62,034 nucleotides of DNA, from contig DASQTB010000136.1 in NCBI GenBank assembly GCA_035642095.1, positions 1 through 62,034 of the forward strand, given 5' to 3'. Below the pieces are notes generated by a model. That model had not been told where the DNA came from. It did no database searches and saw only the letters and a program-made list of their open reading frames with translations. A program made the position numbers and the translations under genes. Source of the stretch: Actinomycetota bacterium. GTDB taxonomy: Bacteria > Actinomycetota > UBA4738 > CALAEC01. Positions 54,174 to 62,034 of this stretch are shown piece after piece; the first letter of the stretch is position 1; every line of letters starts with the position of its first letter.

Positions 54174-55663
54174 ACGATCGGCCGTTCCCTCCCGGCCGCT
54201 ATCCCCTGGTGGTGCTGGGGAGCGGACCCGGCGCCCTTCAGCTCAGCCATTCCCTGTCACGGCTCGGCGTGGAGCACGCCGTCCTGTCGGAGGACGAGCG
54301 GTCGGGGGGGATGTTTCGCCGGTTTCCGTTCTTCCAGCGACTGATCAGCTGGTCGAAGCCGTTCGCCGTGGTGAAGCGAGGCACGCGCTGGTACGAGCGG
54401 TTCGACTGGAACTCCCTGGTCAGCGACGACCCGAACCTCCAGGCCCTGGTCCCCGGGTTCATGGACGGGACGTCGTACTTCCCCAGCCGCGCCGAGATGC
54501 AGCGCGGGTTGGAGGCCTTCGCCGAGCGGGGGCACATCCGGGTGCGGTACCGGTGCCGGTGGGAATCGACCCGCCGGGAGGACGACGGCACGTTCACGGT
54601 CCACACCGGCGACGGCGACTATCGGTGCTCGACGCTGGTCGTGGCGGTGGGGATGACGGAGCCGTGGAAGCCACCGGACATCGAGGGGATGGCGGACACC
54701 CCCCACTACGTGGAGACCGAGGCCCCCGAGACGTACGCAGACCGGCGGGTGTTCGTCATCGGGAAGCGCAACTCCGGATTCGAGATCGCCGACGGCCTCC
54801 TCCCCTGGGCCCGCCAGATCGTCCTCGCTTCCCCCCGGCCGGCTCGATTGTCGATCCTGGTCCGCTCCGTCGCCGCAGCTCGGGCCCGGTATCTGCAGCC
54901 GTACGAGGACCACGTCCTCGGCGGGGGCACGTTCGTCCTCGATGCGGCCATCGAGCGGGTCGAACGGCTGGGCGAGGGCTACCGGGTCCACGCCACAGGG
55001 ACCACGGTGCCCGGCAGCATGGTGTTGGACGTCGACCGGGTCATCGCCGCCACCGGCTTCGGCACCCCGCTCCGGGACCTGCCGGACCTCGGCGTGCAGA
55101 CGTTCTTCCAGGGACGCCTCCCCAGCCAGACGCCGTTCTGGGAGAGCCCAGGGGCCCCGGGGATCTTCTTCGCCGGCTCGATCACCCAGGGCTCGATCGG
55201 GCTCAAGAAGTACGGGCGACCCAGCGGATCGGCCGCCGTCCACGGCTTCCGGTACAACGCCAGGACGCTGGCCGGGCACCTGGCCCGGACGCGCTTCGGG
55301 ATCGAGCGGCCGGAGCATTACCTGGAACCCGACCAGGTCGTCGACTTCCTCTGCCAGGAGATGGCCCGGGGCCCCGAGCTGTGGCACCAGCAGGCCTACC
55401 TGGCCAGGGTGGTCTCGTTCGCCCCCGACCGCGGTATCGTGGACGATGGCATCCTGCCTCTCCAGCACTTCGTTGACGAGGGAGGACAGGACGCCGTGGC
55501 GGCGACCGTCGAGACCGGGGAGCACGGCGAGATCCGTCCGGCCGTGTACGTGCGGCAGGGGGGGCGGGTCACCGAGCGGCTCCTGGACGGCGATCCGATG
55601 CACGACTTCGCCACGGCGGAGCACCGGAAGCAGCTATCGGCGGCGTTGGAACCGTTCCTGTAG
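54161..55663 (+). CDS. FAD/NAD(P)-binding oxidoreductase (flavin monooxygenase / pyridine nucleotide-disulfide oxidoreductase-like)
   Basis: VVLGSGPGAL (GxGxxG), a second dinucleotide motif VFVIGKRNSGFE, and ATGF. The start is tentatively GTG 54161, which gives a 13-nt overlap with the cNMP gene. Confidence 0.75.
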   Translation: MAQLDDRPFPPGRYPLVVLGSGPGALQLSHSLSRLGVEHAVLSEDERSGGMFRRFPFFQRLISWSKPFAVVKRGTRWYERFDWNSLVSDDPNLQALVPGFMDGTSYFPSRAEMQRGLEAFAERGHIRVRYRCRWESTRREDDGTFTVHTGDGDYRCSTLVVAVGMTEPWKPPDIEGMADTPHYVETEAPETYADRRVFVIGKRNSGFEIADGLLPWARQIVLASPRPARLSILVRSVAAARARYLQPYEDHVLGGGTFVLDAAIERVERLGEGYRVHATGTTVPGSMVLDVDRVIAATGFGTPLRDLPDLGVQTFFQGRLPSQTPFWESPGAPGIFFAGSITQGSIGLKKYGRPSGSAAVHGFRYNARTLAGHLARTRFGIERPEHYLEPDQVVDFLCQEMARGPELWHQQAYLARVVSFAPDRGIVDDGILPLQHFVDEGGQDAVAATVETGEHGEIRPAVYVRQGGRVTERLLDGDPMHDFATAEHRKQLSAALEPFL

Positions 55664-55679
55664 CGAGGAGGCGAACGAG

Positions 55680-56123
55680 GTGGCCATCACCGACCCGGAC
55701 GAGCTTCGGACGATCTACGAGGAGACCAAGACGATCGCTGTCGTCGGTGCCTCGGGCGACGAGCGGAAGGCGGCCCACACGATCCCTCGCTACCTCCAGC
55801 GACAGGGCTTCCGGATCATCCCGGTCAACCCCAAGGGCGGCGAGATCCTCGGGCAGGAGGTCCGCCGGCGGCTGGAGGACGTCGAGGAACCGATCGACGT
55901 GGTCGAGGTGTTCCGTCCCTCCGAGGAGACGCCGGACGTCGCCCGAGACGCGGTTCGGGTCGGGGCCAAGGTGCTGTGGCTCCAGGAAGGGATCGAGTCG
56001 GAGGAGGCGGAGCGGATCGCCGCCCAGGGCGGGCTCAAGGTCGTGATGAACCGCTGCATGGGCGAGACCCATTTCCAGCTCCGCCTGGGGCCCGGCCCGA
56101 ACGCGGACCGGCAGGACATCTAG
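55680..56123 (+). CDS. CoA-binding domain protein (YccU/YneT-like)
   Basis: [35 protein letters not shown], then [18 protein letters not shown] before GTG 55680. Confidence 0.82.
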   Translation: MAITDPDELRTIYEETKTIAVVGASGDERKAAHTIPRYLQRQGFRIIPVNPKGGEILGQEVRRRLEDVEEPIDVVEVFRPSEETPDVARDAVRVGAKVLWLQEGIESEEAERIAAQGGLKVVMNRCMGETHFQLRLGPGPNADRQDI

Positions 56124-57280
56124 CGCGGGGCGGACAGCGCCTCGATCAGCACGTCGGCCACCTCGGGCCGGCTGAACTCGGGGGGCGGCCGCTCGCCGTG
56201 GCGAAGCATCTCCCGGACCTTGGTGCCGGACAGGATCAAGCGGTCCTCGTCGCCGTGGGGACAGATCTTCGGCGTGGCCATCCCCTCGCACCGGTGGCAC
56301 CAGAAGGCGTGTTCGAACATGAGCGGCGTGATCCCCAGGTCCTCCGGAGCGAAGCGCTCGAAGATCTTCTGGGCGTCGAACGTTCCGTAGAACGTGCCCA
56401 CCCCGGCGTGGTCCCGGCCCACGATGAAGTGCGTGCAGCCGTAGTTCTTCCGCACCAGAGCGTGGAAGATGGCCTCCTTCGGACCCGCGTAGCGCATGGC
56501 CGCGGGGAAGACCGACAGGAGGATGCGGTCCTTCGGGTAGTAGCTGTCCAGGAGCACCATGTAGCAGCGCATCCGGACGTCGGCGGGGACATCATCCTCC
56601 TTCGTCTCGCCGACCAGCGGGTGCAGCAGGAGCCCGTCGACGATCTCCAGGGCGCACTTCTGGATGTACTCGTGCGCCCGGTGGACGGGGTTCCGGGTCT
56701 GGAACCCCACCACCTTCCGCCACCCGCGCTCGGCGAACGCCGCCCGGGTCTCGGCCGGCGTCCGGCGATGCTCGACGAAGGTGTCGTGCCGGGGCACCGC
56801 GAAGGCCCGGACCCGGCCGCCCAGGAGCCAGTCGCCGGCCCGGTCGAGGGCGGCCACCCCGGGGTGGGAGCGGTCCGTGGTCTGGAACACGGACTCCGCT
56901 TCCGCCTCCCGGTCACGTCGGAACACCTCCTCGACCTGGAGGATGCCGGCCGGCTCATCGCCGATCGTCAGGGCCACCTCGTCCGCCCGGCCGATCCGCT
57001 TCAGGCCGTCATCGTCAACCGAAAGGGAGACCGGGATGCTCCACACCAGCCCGGACGACAGTCGCATGTCGTCGAGGACCGAGCGGTAGTCCTTCTCCGT
57101 GACGAAGCCGGTCAGGGGCGACATGGCCCCGGTGGCCAGCATCTCGAAGTCCGCCTGCTCCCGAGGCCCGAGCGGCACCTTCGGGTGCTGGCGGGCCTCG
57201 TCGGCGGCTCGCTCGGCGTCTGGGCCGGTGACGAGCAGGTCGACGAGGTGGCCGCCGTGAGGAGCGATGGTCTCGGTCAC
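56120..57280 (-). CDS. sat: sulfate adenylyltransferase (ATP sulfurylase)
   Basis: [25 protein letters not shown] and a PUA-like N-terminal domain. Confidence 0.9.
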   Translation of the reverse strand: MTETIAPHGGHLVDLLVTGPDAERAADEARQHPKVPLGPREQADFEMLATGAMSPLTGFVTEKDYRSVLDDMRLSSGLVWSIPVSLSVDDDGLKRIGRADEVALTIGDEPAGILQVEEVFRRDREAEAESVFQTTDRSHPGVAALDRAGDWLLGGRVRAFAVPRHDTFVEHRRTPAETRAAFAERGWRKVVGFQTRNPVHRAHEYIQKCALEIVDGLLLHPLVGETKEDDVPADVRMRCYMVLLDSYYPKDRILLSVFPAAMRYAGPKEAIFHALVRKNYGCTHFIVGRDHAGVGTFYGTFDAQKIFERFAPEDLGITPLMFEHAFWCHRCEGMATPKICPHGDEDRLILSGTKVREMLRHGERPPPEFSRPEVADVLIEALSAPR

Positions 57281-57342
57281 GGCGGGCCGAGCATAAACGC
57301 TCCCCCGGAGCGCCGACCAAGCGGGGGGGCCGATCGACGGCG

Positions 57343-57996
57343 TCAGGCCCGGACCTCGACCCGGGCCCCGGCCAGCGATGCCTCCGCCGTGGCCCGGCCC
57401 TCCTCGACCGTGATCCGGTCGTAGGCCATCCCGGGGACGACCTCCGGGAGATTCACTTCGAACCCGAGCTCGGGGACGGTCTGGGGCGAGAACACCAGCG
57501 CCGAGCCCTCCACCCGGACCCGACCCGCGACCGACAGGTCGAGGGCGGGTTGTCGGACGTCGATGCCGGGGCCGGTGAACTCGACGGCCAGGGGGACGCC
57601 CTGGTCCTGGAGGAACTCGCTCAGAGCGTCGTCGGTGACCGTGACCTCACCGCGCCCGGTCGCCGCGGTGATGGTCCCGCCGGACCCGACGAAAGCCTCT
57701 CGTTCGAACGAGACGTCCCGGAAGCCGAGGTTCACCCGGTCCAAACGCATGCCTTCGACGAGGACGTCCTCCATGGCGATCCCCACCTCGTCGATGTGCT
57801 CCCTGAGGAAGGCCACGATGAACGGGAAGGCCCGCAGGTCGACGTCAGGCTCCGTGGGCAGGTCGAGTGACTTCTGAGCGCTGCGAGCGACCCGCTCCTC
57901 CATGACCAGCCGGAAGCCGTAGTCGGCCCCGACCCCGAGGACGGCGAGGAACAGGAGCGTGGCCAGGAGCGCCGCGCCGGCACCGCCGCGCCTCAT
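57343..57996 (-). CDS. DUF2993 / LmeA-family lipid-binding envelope protein
   Basis: N-terminal TM helix followed by repeated beta-rich segments ([30 protein letters not shown]), typical of DUF2993. Confidence 0.65.
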   Translation of the reverse strand: MRRGGAGAALLATLLFLAVLGVGADYGFRLVMEERVARSAQKSLDLPTEPDVDLRAFPFIVAFLREHIDEVGIAMEDVLVEGMRLDRVNLGFRDVSFEREAFVGSGGTITAATGRGEVTVTDDALSEFLQDQGVPLAVEFTGPGIDVRQPALDLSVAGRVRVEGSALVFSPQTVPELGFEVNLPEVVPGMAYDRITVEEGRATAEASLAGARVEVRA

Positions 57997-58042
57997 CTCG
58001 GGGAGCCTACACGGAGGACTTCGATTCCCTTCCCGGAGGCCT

Positions 58043-58642
58043 TCAGTCCAGGGCGCCTTCCAGCTCCAGCAGGAACTCCTTGCGCCGCACTCCCCCGGTG
58101 TATCCGCCCAGCCGACCGTTCGACTGGATCACCCGGTGGCAGGGAACCACGATCGGGATCGGGTTCGAACCGAGGGCGTTCCCCGCGGCCCGGTACGCCC
58201 GGGCGCTTCCGGCCCGAGCGGCCACCTGGCCGTAGGTGTGCACGTCGCCGTAGGGGATCCGGGCCGTGGCCCGGAGGACCTTCCGGACGAACCCTCCGGT
58301 CAGGGCCCAGTCGACGGGGATCTCGAACCGGCGCCGCTCTCCGTCGAAGTACTGGTCGAGCTCTCGCCGAACCTGGTCGGTCCGACGGGCCGACCGGAGG
58401 ATCCGGGGCGATACGCGGCCGGCCAGCTGCTGCAGAACCTGGTCCGGGGTCTCGTCCGGGTAGGCCAGCCGGGCCAGCCCCCGGGCCGTGACCGCGACGA
58501 GGAGCGGCCCGAAGGGAGACTCCGCCTCGGCGAAGGCCACGTCGACCTCTCCCTCCACCCGGTCGACCAGCCGGGTCACCGCCTCCTCCACCGCTCCTTC
58601 CGGGGCCGGAACCGAGCGCAGCGACCGCTCGATCTCGCTCAT
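58043..58642 (-). CDS. ogt: methylated-DNA-[protein]-cysteine S-methyltransferase
   Basis: IPYGDVHTYGQVA...NPIPIVVPCHRV (the PCHR active site). ATGA overlap with the upstream sigma gene. Confidence 0.88.
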   Translation of the reverse strand: MSEIERSLRSVPAPEGAVEEAVTRLVDRVEGEVDVAFAEAESPFGPLLVAVTARGLARLAYPDETPDQVLQQLAGRVSPRILRSARRTDQVRRELDQYFDGERRRFEIPVDWALTGGFVRKVLRATARIPYGDVHTYGQVAARAGSARAYRAAGNALGSNPIPIVVPCHRVIQSNGRLGGYTGGVRRKEFLLELEGALD

Positions 58643-59139
58643 CGGATCTCCTCCCGCAGCCGGCGCACCGCCAGCCGCACGTTCTGCCTGGCCGCCACCT
58701 CGCTGGTCCCCATGGTCCGGGCCACATCGTGGTACGGCAGGTCGCCCACGAACCGGAGGACCACCGCCTCCCGCTGCCTCGGTGGGAGGTTCCGGACCCG
58801 GCGCCACACGCCGGGGTCGCCGTCGTCCTCCGGCCGGGCCGGACCTTCCGGGATCTCGTCCACGGGCTCCGGCCGCCGTCTCCGGGACCGGTGGACGTCG
58901 AGCGCCTTCCGGTGGGCGATGGTCATCACCCACGACCGGAGGTTCGAGGCCGGGCGGAGCCGCGGGTAGGCTCGGAGGGCCGACAGGAACGTCTCCTGGA
59001 ACACGTCGTCGGCCTCCCCGGGCCCGACCGAGGCCACGGCGAATCGGTACACCGCATCCGAATGCTCCTCCAGGAACCGCTGGAACGGCGGCAATCCCAC
59101 ATGGGTAGAACGCCCGGGCGGCGTCCGGCGTGAGGTCAT
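58639..59139 (-). CDS. ECF-type RNA polymerase sigma factor
   Basis: Region 2 (VYRFAVASVG...DVFQETFLSALRAY) and region 4 (REAVVLRFVGDLPYHDVARTMGTSEVAARQNV). ATGA overlap with the upstream hydrolase. Confidence 0.82.
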   Translation of the reverse strand: MTSRRTPPGRSTHVGLPPFQRFLEEHSDAVYRFAVASVGPGEADDVFQETFLSALRAYPRLRPASNLRSWVMTIAHRKALDVHRSRRRRPEPVDEIPEGPARPEDDGDPGVWRRVRNLPPRQREAVVLRFVGDLPYHDVARTMGTSEVAARQNVRLAVRRLREEIR

Positions 59140-59909
59140 CGGTTCAGATCGACCAGGATCCGATCGGCCAGGCGGTCGGCGAAGGCCGGTGTGAGGCCGT
59201 CCTCGGCGTGGCCGAACCGGCTGGCCAGCAAGAGGCGCTTCGGTTCGCCGGCCCGGCGGTACAGGCGCCACGCCTCCTCCTCGTCGAAGAAGTGATCGTC
59301 GCGGCCGTGGACGAGCAGGAGCGGCGTGGGGGCGATCCGGTCCACGACGTCCTCGGGGCTCTCCGGCCACCGGTCGAGCCGGCCCAGACGGACGCCGGCT
59401 CGCCGGGCCCATCCCCGGCCCCGCTCGCTCGAGCCGAGCCACCGGAGCCGGGCCACGGCTCTCGACGGGTGCCCGTCCCAGCGAGCGGGTGCGGAGACGG
59501 CCACCGCGGCATCGACGCCGCCCCGAAGGGCAGCGTGGCGAATGACGGCCACCCCGCCCATCGACACGCCGATCGCGGCCACCGGCAGGCCGGGTCGCTC
59601 GGAGCGGGCGTGACGAACCGCGGCATCCACGTCGAGCACCTCGTCGGCGCCGTACGTACACGTCCCGTCGCTGAGCCCGTGCCCCCGAAGGTCAACGGCG
59701 TAGACGACGAACCGCCGAGCAAGGGCCTCCACGAACCGGACGATCCGCAGCTTGCGATGCCATCCCAGAAGGCCGTGGCAGAACACGACCGACGATCCGT
59801 CGTCCCCGACCCTCGAGCCGGTCAGGGTGACGTCGTCCTCGGTGACGAGCGCGAACGGCCCGGCCGCGCGATAGGCCCGGGAACGAAGCAGGGTCGCGGG
59901 GGACGCCAC
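59136..59909 (-). CDS. alpha/beta hydrolase
   Basis: FCHGLLG, DLRGHGLSDG, GVSMGG (nucleophile elbow) and HGRDD. GTG start. Confidence 0.8.
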   Translation of the reverse strand: MASPATLLRSRAYRAAGPFALVTEDDVTLTGSRVGDDGSSVVFCHGLLGWHRKLRIVRFVEALARRFVVYAVDLRGHGLSDGTCTYGADEVLDVDAAVRHARSERPGLPVAAIGVSMGGVAVIRHAALRGGVDAAVAVSAPARWDGHPSRAVARLRWLGSSERGRGWARRAGVRLGRLDRWPESPEDVVDRIAPTPLLLVHGRDDHFFDEEEAWRLYRRAGEPKRLLLASRFGHAEDGLTPAFADRLADRILVDLNR

Positions 59910-59943
59910 GCCGACGAGCGTACCCTGCTACCCTCGCCCGAGG

Positions 59944-60609
59944 TTGCTTCGCATCCTGTTCCTGTCCGACCGCTCCCCCGAGGATGCCCTCCCCGCGGCT
60001 CTCGATCTCGGCGCCGACCTGAAGGTGGAACCGGCCGGCGCGGACGCCCTGGCCAGACTCCCCGACCTCGATCCCGATCTGATCCTGGCCGATGCGGGCT
60101 CGGACCCCGAGCACACCTATGGGGTGCTGACCGCCCTGACGTCGGCCGGCCGGCCGGCCCCGGTGATCGTCGTGCTGGAGCCGGAGACGCTGGACCGGGC
60201 GGCGTGGGCCGAGGTGGCCGACGACGTCGTCCTGGCGGGCGCGTCCGAACCGGAGTTGCGCCTGCGGCTGGCGCTCCTCGCGTCGCGTCGCGGCGAGCAC
60301 GGCGAGGCCGTGGTTCGCCTCGGCGCGGTGGTCATCAACACCCAGAGCTACCAGGTCACGGCGGAGGCCCGCCGGCTGGACCTGACGTTCAAGGAGTTCG
60401 AACTGCTCAGGTTCCTGGCCGAGCATCCGGGCCGGGTGTTCTCCCGGGCCAAGCTCCTCCAGGAGGTCTGGGGCTACGACTTCTTCGGAGGCACCAGGAC
60501 GGTCGACGTCCATGTCCGCCGGCTCCGGGCCAAGCTGGGTCCCGAGCACGAGCACCTGATCGAGACGGTCCGCGGCGTCGGCTACCGCGCCGCCGAAACG
60601 CACGCGTGA
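59944..60609 (+). CDS. glnR: nitrogen regulator GlnR (orphan OmpR-family response regulator)
   Basis: LDLTFKEFELLRFLAEHPGRVFSRAKLLQEVWGYDFFGGTRTVDVHVRRLRAKLGPEHEHLIETVRGVGYR is nearly identical to the actinobacterial GlnR DNA-binding domain. The receiver domain is atypical. TTG start. Confidence 0.85.
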   Translation: MLRILFLSDRSPEDALPAALDLGADLKVEPAGADALARLPDLDPDLILADAGSDPEHTYGVLTALTSAGRPAPVIVVLEPETLDRAAWAEVADDVVLAGASEPELRLRLALLASRRGEHGEAVVRLGAVVINTQSYQVTAEARRLDLTFKEFELLRFLAEHPGRVFSRAKLLQEVWGYDFFGGTRTVDVHVRRLRAKLGPEHEHLIETVRGVGYRAAETHA

Positions 60610-60622
60610 ACGCCCGCTCCGC

Positions 60623-60649
60623 GTAACGCGGAATTTACGAGCCGGAAAC
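60623..60649 (+). promoter_or_regulatory. candidate GlnR box GTAAC-n6-TTTAC-n6-GAAAC upstream of glnA
   Basis: The 6-nt spaced pentamers match the published a-site (gTnAc) / b-site (GaAAc) architecture. They lie about 60 nt upstream of the glnA start. Confidence 0.45.
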
Positions 60650-60709
60650 CAGCGGGCAACGCCTGGTCGGTAGCCTTCCCCCGACCACTCAAGGGGAAAG
60701 GAGGACGCG

Positions 60710-62034
60710 TGGCGAGCCCGAAAGATGTGCTCGACCTGGCCAGGAAGTCCGAGGCCCAGGTCGTCGACTTCCGATTCTGCGACCTGCCGGGACTGATGCA
60801 GCACTTCTCCGTGCCGATCTCCGAGCTGACCGAGGAGGGTTTCGAGGATGGATTCGGATTCGACGGGTCGTCCATCCGAGGGTTCCAGGAGATCCAGGAG
60901 TCGGACATGCTCCTGGTTCCTGATGCGAGCACGGCCTACATCGACCCGTTTGCGAAGCATTCGACTCTGGCGCTGCACTGCTTCGTCAAGGACCCGGTGA
61001 CGGGCGAGATGTACAGCCGCGATCCCCGGGGGATCGCCCGGAAGGCGGAGCTGTACCTGAAGCAGACCGGGATCGCCGACCTCTCCTACTGGGGGCCGGA
61101 ATGCGAGTTCTACATCTTCGACTCGATCCGGTTCGAGCAGAACCAACATGAGGGCTACTACCACATCGACGCGATCGAGGGGGTCTGGAACTCGGGCGCG
61201 GAGGAAGGCGGCCACAACCTCGGCTACAAGCCCCGCTACAAGGAGGGCTACTTCCCCCTCCCCCCGATGGACCACTATCAGGACCTGCGCTCGGAGATGA
61301 TGCTCAACCTCCAGAAGGTCGGCATCCAAGTCGAGGTCCATCACCACGAGGTCGGGACCGCGGGGCAGGCCGAGATCGACATCCGTTACGACACGCTGCT
61401 GAAGACCGCGGACAACGTCCTCAAGTACAAGTACATCGTCAAGAACACGGCCCGAGCGTCGGGCAAGACCGTGACGTTCATGCCCAAGCCGATCTTCATG
61501 GACAACGGCTCAGGCATGCACACCCACCAGTCGCTGTGGAAGGGCGGGGAGAACCTATTCTGGGACGAGGTCGGGTACGCCCAGATCTCGGACACGTGCC
61601 GGTGGTACATAGGTGGGTTGCTGACTCACGCGCCGGCGTTGCTGGCGTTCGCCGCCCCGACCACGAACTCGTACCGTCGTCTGGTGCCAGGCTACGAGGC
61701 GCCGATCAACCTCGTGTTCTCGCAGCGGAACCGTTCGGCGTGCGCCAGGATCCCCGTCTACTACAAGACCCCGGCAGCCAAGAGGATCGAGTTCCGCTCT
61801 CCCGACCCATCGTGCAACCCGTACCTGGCCTTCGCGGCCATGCTCCTGGCCGGGCTGGACGGCGTGAAGAACAAGATCGAGCCGCCGGACCCGATCGACA
61901 AGGACCTGTACGACCTCCCACCCGAGGAAGCGGCGGGGGTCAAGCAGGTCCCGGGATCGCTGGAGGAGGTCCTAGACGCTCTGGAGAGGGATCACGGCTT
62001 CCTCCTGGACGGCGGAGTGTTCACCCAGGACGTC
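60710..62034 (+). CDS. glnA: glutamine synthetase type I (3'-truncated by the window end)
   Basis: Absent from the track because it is open-ended. My translation from GTG 60710, after an AAAGGAGGA SD, is [28 protein letters not shown]...FDGSSIRGF...[14 protein letters not shown]...[18 protein letters not shown]...[13 protein letters not shown]. Confidence 0.92.

Overview
High-GC (about 70%) chromosomal segment with clear Actinomycetota hallmarks: mycothiol mshA, ribosomal protein bS22, GlnR next to glnA, rex-hemACD synteny and an RsiG-like protein. It looks like dense core genome. I call about 78 protein-coding genes, many joined by 1-4 nt start/stop overlaps (ATGA, GTGA, TTGA). By eye I found no rRNA, tRNA, CRISPR array or mobile element. 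Gene content, in order:
- Cytochrome c maturation (resB, ccdA).
- An 8-gene b6-type Rieske/cytochrome b operon that includes a 2x[4Fe-4S] ferredoxin.
- A rex-hemA-hemC-hemD-hemB-hemL cluster.
- Two ECF sigma modules.
- A PAS/GAF histidine kinase, REC and GGDEF-EAL signalling cluster.
- A lipid and cell-envelope operon.
- The HTH / Clp1-like / bS22 cluster.
- A pyruvate kinase operon.
- Homogentisate, proline and nicotinamidase genes.
- mshA, an hbhA-like gene with an XRE regulator, asparaginase, an M23 peptidase, ppa, sat, ogt, glnR and a truncated glnA.

Most interesting observations:
1. The only large unexplained gap (46.45-47.2 kb) contains a promoter-to-terminator unit of about 290-345 nt on the minus strand. 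Its long-range helices are strand-specific because their G.U pairs would be C.A mismatches on the plus strand. This is a candidate structured ncRNA that I could not assign to any family.
2. The b6-type respiratory operon keeps the heme-ci cysteine, has a coupled ferredoxin, and is preceded by a perfect Rex operator.
3. hemC and hemL have conserved N-termini with no ATG/GTG/TTG available, which implies CTG initiation at coupled junctions.
4. An RsiG-like protein carries two near-matches to the c-di-GMP binding motif.

All functional calls come from reading the translations by eye. No database search was run.
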